A DNA stretch of 11,555 nucleotides from an uncultured Candidatus Actinomarina sp. (lineage in GTDB: Bacteria; Actinomycetota; Acidimicrobiia; Actinomarinales; Actinomarinaceae), in the NCBI GenBank assembly GCA_902634185.1, contig CACPJC010000010.1:1-11555 (forward strand), given 5' to 3'. Below, one piece after another: positions 8,052 to 11,555 of this stretch (within the stretch, counting starts at the first letter, position 1; every line of letters begins with the position of its first letter). Position numbers and translations under genes: made by a program. Under the pieces are notes generated by a model that saw only the letters and a program-made list of their open reading frames with translations, had not been told where the DNA came from and did no database searches.

Positions 8052-8651
8052 GTGTCAGAAATATTTTTAAAATCGAATGATTTGAGTCTAGGTTACTCAA
8101 ACCAAATAGTGATAAAAGGTATAAATCTTAATTTGTTTGATGAGAAAAATTATCAAATAATTGGAAAGAATGGAGCTGGTAAAACTACCCTTATGAACTT
8201 TATTTCATCAAATTTTGATGGTACAAATTTTGAGTCAAAAGTTGATAGATTAAATATATCTGTAAATCAGATATCTTCTACCCCAACATTAATATATGAT
8301 CTCACACTTGAAGAAAACTTGAATTACTTCACCTCAGATTCATCGATATCGACAGAAAATAAATTAAATGTGGTATTCAAATATATACCAAGAGATTATT
8401 TGGATGAAAAAGTAAAAAATTTTTCTAGCGGAATGATTCGTCGAGTTGAATTATCGATAATTGAAATAAAAAATCCATCAGTGTTTTGTATTGATGAACC
8501 ATTAAACTTTCTAGATACAGAGGGAGCCTTATTACTAACAAACCTCATTAAAAATAGATCTTCAAGTAATAAATGTAATATATTGTCATCCCAAGAGTTT
8601 GTAAAACTTGATGACGTAGATTTTGAGGTTATAGATTTAGATGAAAATTAA
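8052..8651 (+). CDS. ccmA: ABC ATPase, heme exporter/cytochrome c maturation CcmA-like
   Basis: 199 aa, GTG start. Walker A GKNGAGKTT, LTLEENL, signature FSSGMIRRV, Walker B FCIDEP. Named by its position before ccmB/C/E/F. Confidence 0.8.
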   Translation: MSEIFLKSNDLSLGYSNQIVIKGINLNLFDEKNYQIIGKNGAGKTTLMNFISSNFDGTNFESKVDRLNISVNQISSTPTLIYDLTLEENLNYFTSDSSISTENKLNVVFKYIPRDYLDEKVKNFSSGMIRRVELSIIEIKNPSVFCIDEPLNFLDTEGALLLTNLIKNRSSSNKCNILSSQEFVKLDDVDFEVIDLDEN

Positions 8652-9285
8652 CAAGTATATCTTAAAAAAAGAACTTTTAATTGAGTTGAAAAATAGTTCT
8701 TCTCTCTTTTTAATAACGCCTACGATGTCTGTTTTGATAATAATTTTTCCAATTTTGATTGAGAATAGATTTGCGGTAGATGAAGATTTATTCATAATTT
8801 CACGTTTATTATTTTTAATTATTTTTTCAACCCTTTTTGCGATTAGAAAGCCTATAGTGTTAAATCAGTTAACCAAAGAATTAAATTTTGGTAATTACAT
8901 GAAAACAGAGTTCTTCAATAGTAAGTCACTTGCTGAATTTTTAATTTTTATTCCACAAGTCTTTATTTTAAACATACTATTTTCAGGATTTACAAACTCA
9001 AACGTAAACACCTCGTTAATTAATTTAATTTTATCTATTGTCTTTTTTGCTGTTAACGTTTGTATGATAAATATAATTTTTCAAATATTTACAAGTTTTA
9101 ATAATCGATTCGTACAATTTATATTAATCGTTCCAATGTACCTTGCTCTTTCAATATTTATAGGTCCTTTATGGCTAGGGTTAGGTCAGGAATTAGCTAA
9201 TATTTATTTATTGATGTATTTAGGCATAACTATTTTTATATTTGGCACAACAAATTACTACATAGAGAAAGTTAATATACGATGA
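8641..9285 (+). CDS. ccmB: Membrane protein, probable CcmB (divergent)
   Basis: 214 aa with about six hydrophobic segments and N-terminal 'ILKKELLIELK' (CcmB-like KdLxxExR). Lies between ccmA and ccmC. Assigned largely by size and synteny. Confidence 0.62.
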   Translation: MKINKYILKKELLIELKNSSSLFLITPTMSVLIIIFPILIENRFAVDEDLFIISRLLFLIIFSTLFAIRKPIVLNQLTKELNFGNYMKTEFFNSKSLAEFLIFIPQVFILNILFSGFTNSNVNTSLINLILSIVFFAVNVCMINIIFQIFTSFNNRFVQFILIVPMYLALSIFIGPLWLGLGQELANIYLLMYLGITIFIFGTTNYYIEKVNIR

Positions 9286-9950
9286 TGCTTTACGGACCGC
9301 TTCTTGTTTGGCTTCTAATAAGTGCGCTAGGTCCATTTGATACTGTTCAAGGGCCTTCATCAAAACTACTTTATGTCCACGTCCCTACTGTTTGGATTGC
9401 TTATCTTGCATATACCCTGACTTTTATTTATTCATTGCTTTATTTAATTAAAAAAAATCCAAAATATGATTCAAGAGCAGTTGCAAATGCAAAATCAGGT
9501 GTTTTATTTACTGCAACTACCCTTATAGCTGGATCTGTATGGGGTAAATTTACATGGGGTACATGGTGGGTTTGGGGCGATGCCAGACTAAATTTAACTG
9601 CAATTCTATTACTTGTTTATCTTGGATATTTAGCTTCACGAAGATTCAGTGATGATATCGCCAAAACTGCAAAAAATTCATCATTCATTGGTATTTTTGG
9701 AATTATTCAAATACCAATTCTACATTTCAGCGTTATTTGGTGGAGATCAGTTCATCAACAAGCATCCATACTAAGCCAGGAAACTGTATCAAGTGGAGAT
9801 GCACCAATGTCCCCAGATATACTTACGACTCTTTTGATAAGTGTTGTATTGGTCACGCTGGTTCATGTATTCTTATCAAAAAAATTCAGAATTACTGCTG
9901 ACCAAATATGGGATGATTATCTAAATCCCAAATCAAGGGCTAAAATCTAA
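9282..9950 (+). CDS. ccmC: Heme delivery protein CcmC
   Basis: 222 aa. QG...LYVHVP (His), WWD domain GSVWGKFTWGTWWVWGDARL, and PILHFSVIWWRSVHQ (His). Confidence 0.93.
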   Translation: MMLYGPLLVWLLISALGPFDTVQGPSSKLLYVHVPTVWIAYLAYTLTFIYSLLYLIKKNPKYDSRAVANAKSGVLFTATTLIAGSVWGKFTWGTWWVWGDARLNLTAILLLVYLGYLASRRFSDDIAKTAKNSSFIGIFGIIQIPILHFSVIWWRSVHQQASILSQETVSSGDAPMSPDILTTLLISVVLVTLVHVFLSKKFRITADQIWDDYLNPKSRAKI

Positions 9951-9957
9951 ATAATAA

Positions 9958-10362
9958 GTGAAAAAAAATTTATTTTTTATCCTAATTGGAACTGTAATTA
10001 TCGTTTTTGCAAGTATCAGAATTGCTTCGAATAATACTATTTATTATTACACAACTACTGAGGCTAACTACTTATCAACTACCTCCAATGAACGAATTAA
10101 GCTTGGTGGATTTGTAGTATCTAATTCAGTAGTAAAAGGAGACCTTGGAGTTACCAAATTTTCAATCACTGACGGAAATATAATCATGGAAATAAGCTTT
10201 GATGGTTTCATTCCAGAGTTATTTCAAGATGAGATGGGAGTGATTTTAGATGGTTATTTTGATAGTGGAATATTTTACTCTGATGATATGTTGGTTAAGC
10301 ATGATAATGAGTATATTTCAGAGGATGGAGAAGTTTATAACGTAGAAAATTACAAAGAATGA
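9958..10362 (+). CDS. ccmE: Heme chaperone CcmE
   Basis: 134 aa, GTG start. N-terminal TM anchor, YYYT, RIKLGGFV..SV, FSITD, GFIPELF...GVILDG, heme-binding KHDNEY (HxxxY, 10300-10314). Confidence 0.93.
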   Translation: MKKNLFFILIGTVIIVFASIRIASNNTIYYYTTTEANYLSTTSNERIKLGGFVVSNSVVKGDLGVTKFSITDGNIIMEISFDGFIPELFQDEMGVILDGYFDSGIFYSDDMLVKHDNEYISEDGEVYNVENYKE

Positions 10363-11555
10363 TATCTTCAATTGGAATTATTTTGACTTGGTTTGGTTTT
10401 TTGAACTTGATCTTGATGTGCTTTTCAAATAAAAAAAATTTATTTCAAACTCTTGTAAGAATAAATTTATTTATTCATTTCTTGCTATTTTGCTTGCTTG
10501 AAGTTGGTCTTTTTTTAGACGACTTTTCACTTTACTATATAGCAAATCACTCAGCTTCGAGTACGCCGCCAATGTACAAATTTGCCTCACTTTGGGGTTC
10601 ATTAGATGGTTCAATACTTTTGTGGAATTTAGTTTTAAGTATTTATTTTTATGTATATGTTAAATTTTATCGAGCTACCACTGAGCTTTATGATATAAAA
10701 ATTTTTGCAATGATAATTCTTTTTTTTAATGGATTTACTATATTTAGTTCCTCTCCTTTCTCAGGATGTATACAGTTAGCATCTATTGGATGTCAAGATT
10801 TCACATTATTACCCTTTCAAGATTTAGTATTATCTGAATTTGGAAGAGGGCCTAACCCCTTACTTCAAAATCATCCATTGATGGCAATACATCCTCCTAT
10901 ATTATATTTTGGATATATCGGGCTGGTTCTTCCCTTTGTAATCGCTACAAGCGAACTATTTAATAGATACAAAGATGAAAATTGGATAAAAATTGCAGAA
11001 AAAGCAACTTATTTTCCATGGGTGTTTCTAACAGCAGGTATTGCTTTAGGAGCTGCATGGTCATATGAAGTTCTTGGATGGGGTGGTTATTGGGCTTGGG
11101 ATCCCGTTGAAAATGTTTCATTTATACCGTGGTTACTTGCAACTGCCTTTTTACACTCTTCAAAAACGCAAATTAAAGAAAAAACTCTGATTAATTGGAA
11201 TTACGTTTTGGCCTGCTTAATGTTTTTATCAGTTATTTTTGGAACATTTATTACTAGGTCTGGTGTATTAATTTCTGTTCATGCTTTTTCAAATGGAAAT
11301 ATTGGAACTTACCTACTGATAGGATTATTAATTTTTACGTTTTTATTTATGTACATAGGTATAAAGAATATTGAATATTTTAAAATATCAAGAAAAGTTG
11401 AAAATATTTTTGGTAGATCAGGTTTTTTTGTTGCAAACAACATTATCTTATCTGCATCTGCATTAATTGTTTTAATCGGCACAATTTATCCAATATTTTA
11501 TGAATCATTTTTTTCAAGACAACTTACTGTTGGAAGATCATTTTATGATATCTTA
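10359..11555 (+). CDS. ccmF: Cytochrome c heme lyase CcmF (partial, runs off the right edge)
   Basis: Not in the ORF track. ATG 10359 overlaps the ccmE TGA, with 399 open codons to the edge. Motifs: DFSLYYIANHS, LWGSLDGSILLW, GRGPNPLLQ, IHPPILYFGY, WSYEVLGWGGYWAWDPVEN, AFLHS, GTFITRSG.LISVHAF. Confidence 0.95.
   Translation, partial: MISSIGIILTWFGFLNLILMCFSNKKNLFQTLVRINLFIHFLLFCLLEVGLFLDDFSLYYIANHSASSTPPMYKFASLWGSLDGSILLWNLVLSIYFYVYVKFYRATTELYDIKIFAMIILFFNGFTIFSSSPFSGCIQLASIGCQDFTLLPFQDLVLSEFGRGPNPLLQNHPLMAIHPPILYFGYIGLVLPFVIATSELFNRYKDENWIKIAEKATYFPWVFLTAGIALGAAWSYEVLGWGGYWAWDPVENVSFIPWLLATAFLHSSKTQIKEKTLINWNYVLACLMFLSVIFGTFITRSGVLISVHAFSNGNIGTYLLIGLLIFTFLFMYIGIKNIEYFKISRKVENIFGRSGFFVANNIILSASALIVLIGTIYPIFYESFFSRQLTVGRSFYDIL

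Noticed and set aside
6174-9285. Visibly lower GC after leuB as a sign of a horizontally acquired island
   Set aside because: Judged by eye only. There is no integrase, tRNA or flanking repeat, and the genes overlap seamlessly. Weaker protein constraint under AT-biased mutation explains it.
1-11555. CRISPR arrays, tRNA/rRNA genes, T-box or riboswitch, IS elements, defence systems
   Set aside because: No spaced repeats, cloverleaf or transposase motifs were seen. The only non-coding space (280-423) is short and explained by the promoter and attenuator.

Overview
AT-rich, very tightly packed bacterial chromosomal segment. Protein signatures (IlvB, short-type LeuB, WxVPYW nitroreductase) look actinobacterial, and low GC with near-zero intergenic spacing suggests a streamlined Acidimicrobiia/Ca. 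Actinomarinales-like genome (inference). From left to right: the 5' part of a divergent minus-strand gene not in the ORF track (probably queG); a 30-bp divergent promoter region; an unannotated 16-codon Leu/Val/Ile-rich leader peptide with a complete transcription-attenuator layout; then 13 co-oriented genes that overlap or are <=8 bp apart. These are ilvB-ilvN-ilvC-leuA-leuB, a nitroreductase, a TrmH-family methyltransferase, a DEDDh exonuclease, and a System I cytochrome c maturation cluster ccmA-ccmB-ccmC-ccmE-ccmF (ccmF truncated by the window, no ccmD). No mobile elements, CRISPR arrays or RNA genes were seen. The most notable items are the compact attenuator built on a duplicated palindrome, the apparent linkage of ccm genes to it, and several non-canonical Ccm features. 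I do not see evidence of a wholly new system.
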